Shown here: positions 9,046 through 21,399 of the stretch, piece after piece
How positions within the stretch are numbered: the first letter of the stretch is position 1
Layout: each line of letters opens with the position of its first letter
Notes under the pieces: generated by a model
What the model was told of the DNA's origin: nothing
Database searches by the model: none
What the model saw: only the letters and a program-made list of their open reading frames with translations
Source of the DNA: Alphaproteobacteria bacterium
GTDB taxonomy: Bacteria > Pseudomonadota > Alphaproteobacteria > RF32 > CAG-239
NCBI GenBank assembly: GCA_045578445.1
Contig: JAZNKG010000049.1
Location: 1,652 to 65,651, forward strand
DNA length: 64,000 nt
Direction of reading: 5' to 3'
Made by a program: the position numbers and the translations under genes

Positions 9046-10753
9046 TGGATATGAATTAAATTATTCTATTGAAGAATTAACCAAAATGACAACAGAAGAA
9101 ATGACCGATGTTGTTTTATTGTCAGAAGACAGTGATGCATATAAATCACTTCAAGAAGGAGATAAAAAAGCATTAAAACATTTAATTCAAGCATCTAAGA
9201 TATTAAACAATATTAGCCTAGAACAAGATCATCCATTAAATATCGCACAAAAACAATCTCTTGAAGATGCTTCAAAAACAGGTGACGAACACGCAACATT
9301 AGCGCTAAAATTATTCAATTCATTAAACGGTGTTGCTGGACTTAATGGTATAGATGATACCCCTATAACAATATTCAAAGGTCTAACAACATCTATCGGT
9401 AAAAATTTTTATCCTCAAGACCTAAGTATCGAAGAATTTCACGAGATACTATTAGATATGTTTAAAGATGGAAACATCTCAGAAATCAAAAAAATATTAT
9501 CATCAAGAACAATGGTTAGACGCGAAAAAGATTCACTAAAAGCTATTGATTATACAGAATATTTTGCTAAAGAATTTTCTGAAATGGCAAACGAACTAGA
9601 AGTTGCCGCACACTATTGTACCACACCTCTATTTAAAGAATTTTTGTCATGGCAAGCGCAAGCTCTTCTCCAAAACAATGAAGATATGGATATGCTGGCT
9701 GATAAACACTGGGCTATGATGCAAGATACACCATTAGAATTTACTATAAGTCGTGAAAATTATGATGATGAAATGACTTCAACTGTTTTAGAAAATGCGC
9801 AATTAGCAAAATTAATAGAAGAACATAAGATTGAGGTTGTTGCTAAAGATATGCTAGGAGCAAGAGTTGGTATAATAAACAAAGAAGGAACTGAACTTTT
9901 ATTACAATTCAAAGATATTATGCCTAAATTAAGCTCTAAAATGCCTTTTGCTGATAAATACGAACAAACAATTTCAGCTAATGCAGAAGCAAAACAAACT
10001 ATGGTAGATGCTGACTTGGTAAGCCTAACAGGAGACTATGCTCAATGCAGAGGTGGAATGACTATTGCTCAAAACCTTCCAAATAACGATAAATTAGCAA
10101 TAAAAACTGGTGGAGGCAGAAGAAATGTATACCACCGCCAAGTTCGTTTATCTGACGACCCTACTCGCACTCAAAAAATGTTAGACGCATTTCTACACAA
10201 AGATTTTCATAAATATTATGATAAAGAAGCAGACCATATCTTTGTAATAGGTCATGAAAATGGACATTCATTAGGCCCTAAAAGTGAATACCAAAACTCA
10301 CCAGGTATTTGCAAATCAATTATTGAAGAAAATAAAGCCGATACTGTTTCTATATCTTTTATGCCAGAATACGTAAAACAAGGTGTTATTACAGAAGAGC
10401 GCTTAAAACAAATTTATACCACATGGATTTTTAGATTACTATTACGTGCTAAACCTGTATTCCCAACAGAAACATATAAACTAGTAGACTTAATAGAATT
10501 TAATACTCTACTAAAACATAACGCATTATATTTTGATGAAAATAATTTACTACACATTAATTTTGAAAAAATAAGTCCTGCAATGTATGAATTGCTAAGT
10601 GAAGTAGTTGATATTCAGCTATCAAAATCACCTAAAAAAGCTCGTGAATTTATTGATAAAAATACAATATGGAATGAATTACACGAACACATTGCTCAAA
10701 CCCATAAAAAACTAGGTCTTAAAAAATACAAAAATATTGTAAGTTTCTTCTAA
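9032..10753 (+). CDS. zinc metallopeptidase, M49 (dipeptidyl-peptidase III)-like
   Basis: HENGH (HExxH) at GHENGHSLGP followed about 25 aa later by EENKAD, matching the EExxA(E/D) second zinc motif of family M49. Confidence 0.6.
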   Translation: MTQYNGYELNYSIEELTKMTTEEMTDVVLLSEDSDAYKSLQEGDKKALKHLIQASKILNNISLEQDHPLNIAQKQSLEDASKTGDEHATLALKLFNSLNGVAGLNGIDDTPITIFKGLTTSIGKNFYPQDLSIEEFHEILLDMFKDGNISEIKKILSSRTMVRREKDSLKAIDYTEYFAKEFSEMANELEVAAHYCTTPLFKEFLSWQAQALLQNNEDMDMLADKHWAMMQDTPLEFTISRENYDDEMTSTVLENAQLAKLIEEHKIEVVAKDMLGARVGIINKEGTELLLQFKDIMPKLSSKMPFADKYEQTISANAEAKQTMVDADLVSLTGDYAQCRGGMTIAQNLPNNDKLAIKTGGGRRNVYHRQVRLSDDPTRTQKMLDAFLHKDFHKYYDKEADHIFVIGHENGHSLGPKSEYQNSPGICKSIIEENKADTVSISFMPEYVKQGVITEERLKQIYTTWIFRLLLRAKPVFPTETYKLVDLIEFNTLLKHNALYFDENNLLHINFEKISPAMYELLSEVVDIQLSKSPKKAREFIDKNTIWNELHEHIAQTHKKLGLKKYKNIVSFF

Positions 10754-10817
10754 AAAGAAATTGCACACATAAAACAAAACTGCTATAAAATAAACAAATT
10801 TTTTTAAGGAGACTATA

Positions 10818-11192
10818 ATGCTTGATCGTTTTTATAAAGGAAAATGCTCTCTAGCTGAGGCTTTTTGGAAATATTCTATATTAGGATTAACAGTAGGTGG
10901 ATTTATTGTTAGATTTTTAATGATTAGATTAAAACAATCTGTTGGTTATGATGCTAATTTCTTCAACAATATCCTAAATAACCTTATTTATTACAGAACA
11001 AATACAACCGTAATGTTTTGGCTATTTGTATATTGCGTAGGTTTTGTTTCCCTTTTAATATATAGCGGAATTTGTATTGGAGGTATGTGGAAAACATACA
11101 AAGAATATGAAAAAAGCAAAGTTTTAGCAATAATTTGTATGCTAATTACTTGGATATTTATATATTCTGCTGTAACAACTTCATTATATTAA
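10818..11192 (+). CDS. hypothetical membrane protein (124 aa, 3-4 TM)
   Basis: Alternating hydrophobic segments; terminator follows. Confidence 0.55.
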   Translation: MLDRFYKGKCSLAEAFWKYSILGLTVGGFIVRFLMIRLKQSVGYDANFFNNILNNLIYYRTNTTVMFWLFVYCVGFVSLLIYSGICIGGMWKTYKEYEKSKVLAIICMLITWIFIYSAVTTSLY

Positions 11193-11197
11193 AATAA

Positions 11198-11230
11198 AAT
11201 AAGCTGTTTAATCAAACAGCTTATTTTTTG
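11198..11230 (+). terminator. Rho-independent terminator
   Basis: aagctgttt aatc aaacagctt followed by atttttt. Confidence 0.6.
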
Positions 11231-11231
11231 C

Positions 11232-11258
11232 ATTAAAAAAGGAGGGTTAACCCTCCTT
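11232..11258 (-). terminator. Rho-independent terminator of gyrB
   Basis: GGAGGG TTAA CCCTCC hairpin flanked by an A-run on the plus strand (T-run on minus). Confidence 0.6.
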
Positions 11259-11265
11259 TCTTTTA

Positions 11266-13719
<2,454 letters not shown>

Positions 13720-13819
13720 TTATTTCCATTTCAAAAGTCATTTTAATATAGCACAACCTTATTTTTTACCAAGCAAAATTTGCATTTTCATCAATTTTAT
13801 CAACAGAAAAAACATCACA

Positions 13820-13860
13820 AAAAAGCAAATCCCCTGTTCATTTACAGGGGATTTTTTCTC
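13820..13860. terminator. terminator after the nrd operon (bidirectional shape)
   Basis: aatcccctg / caggggatt 9-bp stem flanked by A-run and T-run. Confidence 0.7.
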
Positions 13861-13862
13861 TA

Positions 13863-14570
13863 TTATTTTCTAACATCAAAAATTTCAAAATTTTCTTTCA
13901 AATAAGCATTTAATTCCTCATTTTCCACCAAGGCCAAACACCTATCTTCAGTATTCTCTAAATCCGATTCTACTATACGATACTTTTGCAAATAATACTC
14001 TTTAACCCCCATTTCTTTAAGTTTATTTCCAATCGTATAAATATCCTCTACTGACAAAAATCTTGGATCACAAGTCGTTCTACATTCAAAACTTTTACCC
14101 GATTCGCAAAGCATTTTTAAGCTTTCTAAAACTTTATCTGCATTTGCGATTCCACCTGTAACAACTTTATATCTTTCTTTTTCTAACGGTGCTTTTATAT
14201 CAAAACCGACCCAGTCAACCAACTCTAAAACTTCTTTAAAAAATTCAGGTCTATATCCGCCTGTATGGAGTCCAACAATATATCCCAAGGATTTTACATC
14301 TTTTATAGCATCAACAAGACCTTCTTGCACCAAAGGTTCACCACCAGAGAATACCACAGCATCTAAAATACCTTTTCTCTGCTCTAAAAAATCAATAAAT
14401 TTATGCCAAACAATATTCGTTTCCGCATCTATACTTTGTAATTGCACATTGTGGCAAAACGGACAACGCCATGGACATCCCTGCATAAAAACAACAGCCG
14501 CCATCTTATTTGGAAAATCGACGATACTGAATTTCTCAATACCGCCGATTCTAATTCCTGCCATAAGCAT
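13863..14570 (-). CDS. nrdG: anaerobic ribonucleoside-triphosphate reductase activating protein (radical SAM)
   Basis: CPWRCPFCHN (CxxxCxxC) cluster motif near the N-terminus and position downstream of nrdD; the true start may be the third codon (ATG at 14564). Confidence 0.9.
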   Translation of the reverse strand: MLMAGIRIGGIEKFSIVDFPNKMAAVVFMQGCPWRCPFCHNVQLQSIDAETNIVWHKFIDFLEQRKGILDAVVFSGGEPLVQEGLVDAIKDVKSLGYIVGLHTGGYRPEFFKEVLELVDWVGFDIKAPLEKERYKVVTGGIANADKVLESLKMLCESGKSFECRTTCDPRFLSVEDIYTIGNKLKEMGVKEYYLQKYRIVESDLENTEDRCLALVENEELNAYLKENFEIFDVRK

Positions 14571-14605
14571 TAACCTCTATCTAGGTTATTTATAAAGCTA
14601 GCAAA

Positions 14606-14851
14606 TTATTCTGCTGCCAAAGCCAAAGACTCTGTTCTGCAAACACACTCACGAGCTTCACAACCATCAATAGCCTTATCTTCACAGAAGCATAGTCTTG
14701 ATTTGAATTCACCCATCTTACCAACATTGTATTCTGTTGTTGGACGGATATAACCCATAACACGGCTATAAATCTCGCAACGTTGTCTTTCAGAATTGTC
14801 TAATTTAACATCTTCAATATTAATAATATTGTTCATATCTCTCCCTTTCAT
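14606..14851 (-). CDS. stand-alone glycyl-radical peptide of class III RNR (NrdD C-terminal segment as a separate ORF)
   Basis: CEIYSRVMGYIRPTTEYNVGKMGEFKSR matches the NrdD glycyl radical signature RVxGY...N.GK..E...R. The likely start is the second ATG (14836), preceded by AAAGGGAGAG. A Cys-rich C-terminal tail follows. Confidence 0.75.
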   Translation of the reverse strand: MKGRDMNNIINIEDVKLDNSERQRCEIYSRVMGYIRPTTEYNVGKMGEFKSRLCFCEDKAIDGCEARECVCRTESLALAAE

Positions 14852-14864
14852 AAACTACTATATA

Positions 14865-16925
14865 TTACACTACTTTTTGCAATTTTGCAAGATTTTTCAA
14901 CTTCTCCGCCTTTTTTTCTTTGTCACAAATTGGGCAAAATTCATGCTCACCAGCAATATATCCATGCTTTGGACAAACAGAAAATGTTGGAGTAATCGTG
15001 ATATAAGGAAGTCTGTAATTTGCTAAAACTTTCTTCACAAAATCACGACAAACTTTAGCAGATGAAATACGTTGATTCATAAATAAGTGAAGCACCGTAC
15101 CACCTGTATATTTAGATTGCAATTTAGCTTGCAAATCTAAAGCTTCAAATGGGTCATCAGTATATCCTACAGGAAGCTGAGAAGAGTTTGTATAGAATGG
15201 AGCATCTTCTGTACCTGCTTGAATAATACCAATATAACGCTTTTTATCTTCTCTAGCAAATCTAGTTGTTGCACCTTCTGCTGGAGTCGCTTCAAGGTTA
15301 TACATATGACCTGTTTCTTCTTGGAACTTAACTAATCTATCACGTATAAAGTCTAAGAACTTCTCAGCAAAAGCCTGTCCCCAAGCATCTGCAATATTGT
15401 GCTCATCATTAGTAAAGTTTCTAATCATTTCATTCATACCGTTAACACCGATAGTAGAGAAGTGATTTCTCAATGTTCCCAAATATCTCTTTGTGAATGG
15501 GAACAAACCATTATCGATTAAACGTTGAATAACTTTTCTCTTAATCTCTAAAGAGGTTCTTGCAATATTCATTAATTCATCAACTCTTGCAAAAAGACCA
15601 GCTTCATTACCTTTATAAACATAACCTAGTCTTGCGCAGTTGATTGTAACCACGCCAACACTACCTGTTTGCTCAGCACTACCAAACAAGCCATTACCAC
15701 GTGCCAATAACTCTCTCAAATCAAGTTGTAAACGACAACACATAGAACGAATTTGACCAGGTTTTAATGATGAATTTAAGAAGTTTTGGAAATAAGGCAA
15801 ACCATATTTTGCAGTCATCTCAAACAACAATTCAGTATTTTCATCTTCCCAAGGAAAATCCCATGTCATATTATATGTAGGAATTGGGAATGTAAAAGGA
15901 CGTCCCATAACATCGCCACCCATCATAACATTGATGTAAGCTTTGTTAATCATAGCCATTTCTTTACCCAAGTCACCATATGTAAAGTCTTGTTCTACAC
16001 CACCAATATATGGTTTTTGGTCACGTAAATCTTCAGGACAAACCCAGTCAAAAGTAAAGTTAGTAAATGGTGTTTGAGAACCCCAACGAGAAGGTACGTT
16101 TAGGTTATAAATTAATTCTTGCATACATTGTTCAACTTGCTCATAAGAAAGATTATCTTTTCTTACATAAGGAGCTAAATAAGTATCAACAGAAGAGAAA
16201 GCTTGAGCACCAGCCCATTCGTTTTGAAGAGTACCCATAAAGTTTACCATTTGGCCAACAGCTGAACTTAAATGTTTTGGAGCGCCAGCTTCAACTTTAC
16301 CAGGAACACCATTAAAACCTTCACGCAATAAGTTCTTCAAAGACCAACCAGCACAATAAGCTGCCAACATACTTAAATCGTGAATATGAACATCACCATT
16401 TCTGTGAGCTTCGCCAACTTCGTGTGGATATACGTGAGATAACCAGTAGTTTGCTGTAACTTTACCAGAAACATTAAGAATTAAACCACCATTTGAATAT
16501 CCTTGGTTAGCATTCTCTTTAATACGCCAGTCAAGATTCTCTAAATATTCATTAACTGAACTTTCTACATCAACAACAGTCTTACCATCACCACGCATTC
16601 TATTTCTTTTATCACGATATAAAATGTATGATTTTGCTGTTCTAAAGTAGTTATCAGAAATTAAAACTTGTTCTACAACATCTTGTATATCTTCAACAGA
16701 AGGAAGAGATTCATCAAATTTATGAGATAAAATCTTCATAACTTTAGCTGTTAACAACCAAGCATCCTCAGCTTCAAATTCAGAAGTAATCTCACCTGCT
16801 CTTAAAATCGCATTATAAATTTTTTCACCATCAAAGTCAACGAGTGTACCGTCTCTTTTTGTTATACTTTTAAACGGCATTTTATATTTTTTTGCCGTCG
16901 GCATTTGCAACTCATTACTAGCCAT
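14865..16925 (-). CDS. nrdD: anaerobic ribonucleoside-triphosphate reductase, large polypeptide lacking the glycyl-radical loop
   Basis: N-terminal ATP-cone (ITKRDGTLVDFDGEKI), catalytic barrel, C-terminal zinc ribbon CPKHGY...CPIC. The ORF stops before any RVxGY motif. Confidence 0.93.
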   Translation of the reverse strand: MASNELQMPTAKKYKMPFKSITKRDGTLVDFDGEKIYNAILRAGEITSEFEAEDAWLLTAKVMKILSHKFDESLPSVEDIQDVVEQVLISDNYFRTAKSYILYRDKRNRMRGDGKTVVDVESSVNEYLENLDWRIKENANQGYSNGGLILNVSGKVTANYWLSHVYPHEVGEAHRNGDVHIHDLSMLAAYCAGWSLKNLLREGFNGVPGKVEAGAPKHLSSAVGQMVNFMGTLQNEWAGAQAFSSVDTYLAPYVRKDNLSYEQVEQCMQELIYNLNVPSRWGSQTPFTNFTFDWVCPEDLRDQKPYIGGVEQDFTYGDLGKEMAMINKAYINVMMGGDVMGRPFTFPIPTYNMTWDFPWEDENTELLFEMTAKYGLPYFQNFLNSSLKPGQIRSMCCRLQLDLRELLARGNGLFGSAEQTGSVGVVTINCARLGYVYKGNEAGLFARVDELMNIARTSLEIKRKVIQRLIDNGLFPFTKRYLGTLRNHFSTIGVNGMNEMIRNFTNDEHNIADAWGQAFAEKFLDFIRDRLVKFQEETGHMYNLEATPAEGATTRFAREDKKRYIGIIQAGTEDAPFYTNSSQLPVGYTDDPFEALDLQAKLQSKYTGGTVLHLFMNQRISSAKVCRDFVKKVLANYRLPYITITPTFSVCPKHGYIAGEHEFCPICDKEKKAEKLKNLAKLQKVV

Positions 16926-16983
16926 TTTTTTACTCTTCCCTTCTCTTTTGTTCTAATAAGTTAATTTTTTACGTTTCGTCGCC

Positions 16984-17036
16984 AAACTACTATATATTGT
17001 GTTAAAGAATTATTAAAAAACTATATCTAGTAGTAA
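16984..17036 (-). promoter_or_regulatory. pair of NrdR-box-like palindromes upstream of nrdD
   Basis: ctactatatattgtgt (16987-17002) and aaactatatctagtag (17018-17033), centres 31 bp apart; box 1 right half matches TaTwGtgt. Confidence 0.55.
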
Positions 17037-17252
17037 AAAATTTTTGAGACCAAAAATCTTGACTGTCCTTATATTAAAAAAAAGAGTCATTTTTACAATA
17101 TTTTTCCCTTCTTTTTTTTAAACTTTTTCATATCATACTAATATTAAAACGATTTTTTTTTTTAAACTAGTCCATAACCCCCTCTGCAACACTTTTAAAC
17201 AGGTTACTAACAGCTTTTAAAAAATATTATACCATATCAATAAATATAAGGG

Positions 17253-17281
17253 TTGACCTCTTATTTATCCTTATATATACT
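17253..17281 (+). promoter_or_regulatory. sigma70-like promoter upstream of the HAD gene
   Basis: TTGACC (17253-17258), 17 nt spacer, TATACT (17276-17281). Confidence 0.4.
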
Positions 17282-17318
17282 GCTCGACGAATTGAAACAT
17301 TAACAAACGAGGTCTGAT

Positions 17319-17987
17319 TTGAGTAAAACCATAATTTGGGATTTGGATAATACTTTATATATAGAAACACAAGAATTTAAAAATATGTTAAATGAAGCAA
17401 CCGCTCTTGCTGCCATTAATGAATTTAATGTTCCCTTAGATTTTCAAACAGCAACAGATAAAGTAAAAGAGTCTTACTCTATATATAGAGATGGTGTAGA
17501 AATTTTTGCTCAAGAATATAAAATTCCTCACAAAGATTTATATACAGCTTACCATAAATATAAATCTGAAGTTGTTCCAACAATTGAACCACACAAAAAT
17601 CTTTTAGAAAGACTCCAATCACTAAATTGCCCACAATACGTGTTTTCAACTTCATCAAGAGATATTTGCGAACAAATTTTAAAACACATTGGCTTATACG
17701 AATTTTTTAAAGACAGATTCTATTCAGTAGAAGATTTTGATGTATATAAAAAGAATGAAAGCTCCGATGTTTATTCTAAATTATGTGAAAAAATTGGAGT
17801 CTCCCCTAAAGATTGTATCTTTGTTGATGATAGCTATTCTAATTTAGATTACGGAAAACAAATAGGAATGACAACAATCCGCATCTACTATAAAAATAAT
17901 TCCGCCAAAGATATGACATTTATCGATTCGGCTTACAAAGGAATCGATGAGTGTATAGAAGGATTAAAAAACGACTATAACTGTTAA
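17319..17987 (+). CDS. HAD-superfamily hydrolase (pyrimidine 5-prime-nucleotidase-like)
   Basis: IIWDLDNTLY (DxDxT motif I), STSS motif II, FVDDS motif IV; TTG start. Confidence 0.75.
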   Translation: MSKTIIWDLDNTLYIETQEFKNMLNEATALAAINEFNVPLDFQTATDKVKESYSIYRDGVEIFAQEYKIPHKDLYTAYHKYKSEVVPTIEPHKNLLERLQSLNCPQYVFSTSSRDICEQILKHIGLYEFFKDRFYSVEDFDVYKKNESSDVYSKLCEKIGVSPKDCIFVDDSYSNLDYGKQIGMTTIRIYYKNNSAKDMTFIDSAYKGIDECIEGLKNDYNC

Positions 17988-18020
17988 AAAAATAAGCCAG
18001 ATTTTCTGGCTTATTTTTTA
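17986..18020. terminator. bidirectional terminator
   Basis: aagccag atttt ctggctt flanked by A-run and T-run; overlaps the stop of the convergent gene. Confidence 0.6.
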
Positions 18021-18724
18021 TCTATTTCATTACAAATGCGACTCTCTAAAGTGTAGTTTTCGATAGAATCCATTTTCATTTGTTCTTCTTCTACTTGCTT
18101 TCGCCAAAGATTAACACTAGACTTAATTTCTGATAAATAATCCTCATTCAGCTTTTCTGCCATACTTTCTGCCTCTTTTGTATCATTTGCGATTCTAACT
18201 CCTTTTTTATCTAGAAGCTCATACACAGACTTCTTAAATGTTGGCAAATAATAATCTAAAGCATGGATATAAATCTCCATATGTGTTTTTTCATGTCTTA
18301 AAGCCACATCATAAACACAGCTTCCTTTTTCCAATCCTTTCAAAATATAAATTGTCGGAACAGAATATCCTAAATGAGCATCTATTTTTTTAGGATAGAC
18401 ACAATATTTTGCATCACTAACGCCAATAACTCCTACTTCCATATTAAAATCCAGCACTTGCCTAACCTTTGTTAATCCAATAGGCTTATGGTCATCAGGC
18501 ATTCTTTGTCCTTGCTCTACATATTTTCTTTCTGTTTCTCTTCTTAAAAAATCTTCATTTTTATCAAAATTATATTTTAGTTTTCCATAGGACGACGTAA
18601 TTTTTATATCTGGTTTACTTATTACAGCCAAACAATCTTCAACATATTTTGACACATCATTATTAGCAAAAGTATTATTCGCAAAAATCATTAGCAAAAT
18701 TAATGTAAAAAAAACTTTTTTCAT
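18011..18724 (-). CDS. secreted putative zinc metalloprotease (DUF922/COG5661-like)
   Basis: Signal peptide MKKVFFTLILLMIFANNTFA and an HExxH motif (LRHEKTHMEIY). Confidence 0.45.
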   Translation of the reverse strand: MKKVFFTLILLMIFANNTFANNDVSKYVEDCLAVISKPDIKITSSYGKLKYNFDKNEDFLRRETERKYVEQGQRMPDDHKPIGLTKVRQVLDFNMEVGVIGVSDAKYCVYPKKIDAHLGYSVPTIYILKGLEKGSCVYDVALRHEKTHMEIYIHALDYYLPTFKKSVYELLDKKGVRIANDTKEAESMAEKLNEDYLSEIKSSVNLWRKQVEEEQMKMDSIENYTLESRICNEIDKK

Positions 18725-18765
18725 ATAAACTAACCTAAAATAAGATTTTACCCCTTGGAGCTCAC

Positions 18766-19455
18766 ATGAAGCATATCTACATTATATCTATAATATTGTC
18801 CAGCTTTTTTGCAATAAGTAGCGCAAATGCAAAAAACAATTTGCTACAATATGCTTTTTATATGCCTCAAGACGCTTTTCAATACAACACTATTGAAGAA
18901 CCAAAAACAACTAGAAAAAATATCAATACTTCAATGCAACAAATAAGAAATCAAAACAATAAGTCAAGCAAACCTATAACAAAAAAAACAACTTCATCCA
19001 AACCACAAAACATAAAATCAGATAAAAAAACACTCAAAACGTCCGCATATGAATATGCAAAACAAAAATCACGACAAAAATTTAAACCAAAAACTATTAT
19101 AAAAACAAAAAAGCCGTCAATTGACGGAAATGTTTCCAAACTTACAGTTTACAAACAAACAAACAAAACATCTCACTCGCCTTCCAAAACCACAAATAAA
19201 AAATCTTCATCTTCTAAAAATATAGCAACAGAAACTATTATTATGCAGAAGCCCACCCCTGAAAAAGAAAAAAGTATTTCTGAAGTATTTTCAGAAATAC
19301 CTTATCCTAACGAACAATTGCCTAAATATAAAAATGCATATTTAGATTACATACTATCACTACGTATATTATACCGCACAAAAAAGCTTCAACCTAACTT
19401 AAGACAAGAAGAAGTTTTATCCAAGGCAAATACAATTAGACGATTCGATATATAA
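18766..19455 (+). CDS. secreted low-complexity Lys/Thr/Ser/Asn-rich protein
   Basis: Signal peptide IILSSFFAISSANA, long KT/KS-rich body, ordered C-terminal 60 aa. Confidence 0.5.
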   Translation: MKHIYIISIILSSFFAISSANAKNNLLQYAFYMPQDAFQYNTIEEPKTTRKNINTSMQQIRNQNNKSSKPITKKTTSSKPQNIKSDKKTLKTSAYEYAKQKSRQKFKPKTIIKTKKPSIDGNVSKLTVYKQTNKTSHSPSKTTNKKSSSSKNIATETIIMQKPTPEKEKSISEVFSEIPYPNEQLPKYKNAYLDYILSLRILYRTKKLQPNLRQEEVLSKANTIRRFDI

Positions 19456-21258
19456 TTAATCATCTCCAATTCGTAAAGCTTCAATAAATGCTGATTGAGG
19501 CACCTCAACTTTACCGAACTGACGCATGCGTTGCTTACCCTTTTTCTGCTTATCTAAAAGTTTGCGTTTACGAGTAACGTCACCACCATAACACTTAGCC
19601 GTAACATCTTTACGCATAGCAGAAATTGTTTCTCTTGCTACAACTCTACCACCAATAGCCGCCTGAATAGGAATTTTAAACAAATGTCTAGGAATTAAAT
19701 CCTTTAATCTTTCACAAATTTGACGACCTCTCGATTCTGCCTGACTTCTATGACATAAAAATGCAAGAGCATCAACAGGTTCTTCGTTAATCAATATTTG
19801 AACTTTTACCAAATCAGATTGCTCATAATCAGTTAATTCATAGTCAAAGCTAGCATACCCACTGGTAATAGACTTTAACCTATCATAAAAATCAAAAACA
19901 ATTTCATTTAATGGTATCTGATAAACAACCATTGCTCTAGAACCAACATAAGTTAATTCTTTTTGAATACCTCGTCTTTCTGTACACAATTTCAGTACAG
20001 CACCCAAATATGTGTCTGGCACCATAATTGTAGCTCTAACCATCGGTTCTTCAATAGATGATACCGTAGATAAATCTGGCATATCAGCTGGATTATGCAA
20101 CATTATTGTCTCACCTTTTGTAAGATTGATTTTATACGCAACAGATGGTGCTGTTGTAATAATATCTAAATCAAACTCTCTGCCGATTCTCTCTTGGATA
20201 ATCTCCATATGTAGCAGACCTAAAAAGCCACATCTAAAACCCAAACCTAATGCTGCAGAATTTTCATTTTGATAATCAATACTTGCATCATTTAACTTTA
20301 ATTTTGCCAAAGCATCTTTTAGAGCTTCATATTGACTACTATCTACAGGAAACATTGAACAAAATACAACTGGAACAGATGGTTTGAATCCTGATAAAGC
20401 CTTTTCACAAGGACGTTTATTATCTGTAATAGTATCGCCAACACTACAATCACCAACACTCTTAATACTAGCTGTAATAAAACCAACTTCGCCTGCAGCA
20501 AGCTCATCAACATCTTGCATTTTAGGAGTAAACACACCGATTCTATCAACAGTATACGTTGCATTATTATTCATCATACGTATAACTTGCTTTTTCCTTA
20601 AACTGCCATCTATAATTCGAACTAAAATAACCACACCCAAATAAGAATCATACCAACTATCAATCAAAAGAGCTTTTAATGGAGCATCATATTCACCTTT
20701 TGGTGCAGGCAAATCTTTTACAATTGCCTCCAAAAGATTATCAACACCAACACCTGTTTTACCTGAAGTTTCCACTGCTCCACTAGCATCAATTCCAATA
20801 ACATCTTCAATTTGCTCTTTTACTTTATCAACATCTGCAGAAGGTAAATCTACCTTATTTAAAGCAGGAACAATCTCATGATTATTTTCTATTGCTAAAT
20901 AAACATTTGCTAATGTTTGAGCTTCCACACCTTGTGTTGCATCAACAACCAAAACAGAACCTTCACAAGCAGCCAAAGAACGAGATACTTCATAAGAAAA
21001 GTCTACGTGACCCGGAGTATCTATCATATTTAATAAATATTCTTCACCATCTTTTGCTTTATATTTCAAACGCACTGTTTGTGCTTTAATAGTAATACCA
21101 CGTTCTCTTTCTATATCCATAGAATCAAGCACTTGCTCTGTCATTTCTCTACGCTCTAAACCACCACAAGTTTCTATAATTCTATCCGCAATAGTTGATT
21201 TACCATGGTCAATATGCGCCACAATAGCAAAATTTCTGATTTTAGCCAAATCCTGCAT
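19456..21258 (-). CDS. lepA: elongation factor 4 (LepA)
   Basis: [17 protein letters not shown]-domain, DTPGHVDF, characteristic LepA C-terminal domain. Confidence 0.98.
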   Translation of the reverse strand: MQDLAKIRNFAIVAHIDHGKSTIADRIIETCGGLERREMTEQVLDSMDIERERGITIKAQTVRLKYKAKDGEEYLLNMIDTPGHVDFSYEVSRSLAACEGSVLVVDATQGVEAQTLANVYLAIENNHEIVPALNKVDLPSADVDKVKEQIEDVIGIDASGAVETSGKTGVGVDNLLEAIVKDLPAPKGEYDAPLKALLIDSWYDSYLGVVILVRIIDGSLRKKQVIRMMNNNATYTVDRIGVFTPKMQDVDELAAGEVGFITASIKSVGDCSVGDTITDNKRPCEKALSGFKPSVPVVFCSMFPVDSSQYEALKDALAKLKLNDASIDYQNENSAALGLGFRCGFLGLLHMEIIQERIGREFDLDIITTAPSVAYKINLTKGETIMLHNPADMPDLSTVSSIEEPMVRATIMVPDTYLGAVLKLCTERRGIQKELTYVGSRAMVVYQIPLNEIVFDFYDRLKSITSGYASFDYELTDYEQSDLVKVQILINEEPVDALAFLCHRSQAESRGRQICERLKDLIPRHLFKIPIQAAIGGRVVARETISAMRKDVTAKCYGGDVTRKRKLLDKQKKGKQRMRQFGKVEVPQSAFIEALRIGDD

Positions 21259-21399
21259 TAAAATTTTCCTTTATTATTTAAACTTACAATGTTCATACAG
21301 TATATTTTTCTTGAACGCAACAGATTTTACATTTTCTTATTGCATATACATTAAAAGTATGGTTTAATACTTTTATATGATACATAAATGGAGACTAAT

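Noticed and set aside
14852-14864. Explaining the nrdD split as a simple frameshift or sequencing error (pseudogene)
   Set aside because: All three reading frames contain stop codons within the short junction, and the small ORF has its own Shine-Dalgarno. One indel cannot restore a fusion. An assembly error is still possible in principle, so the split is reported as a finding with a read-level check.
14796-16028. Plus-strand ORFs 14796..15026 and 15786..16028 overlapping the nrdD region
   Set aside because: They are antisense to a strongly supported nrdD and have no independent support.
20012-21089. Four short ORFs overlapping lepA on either strand
   Set aside because: These are shadows within an unambiguous lepA.
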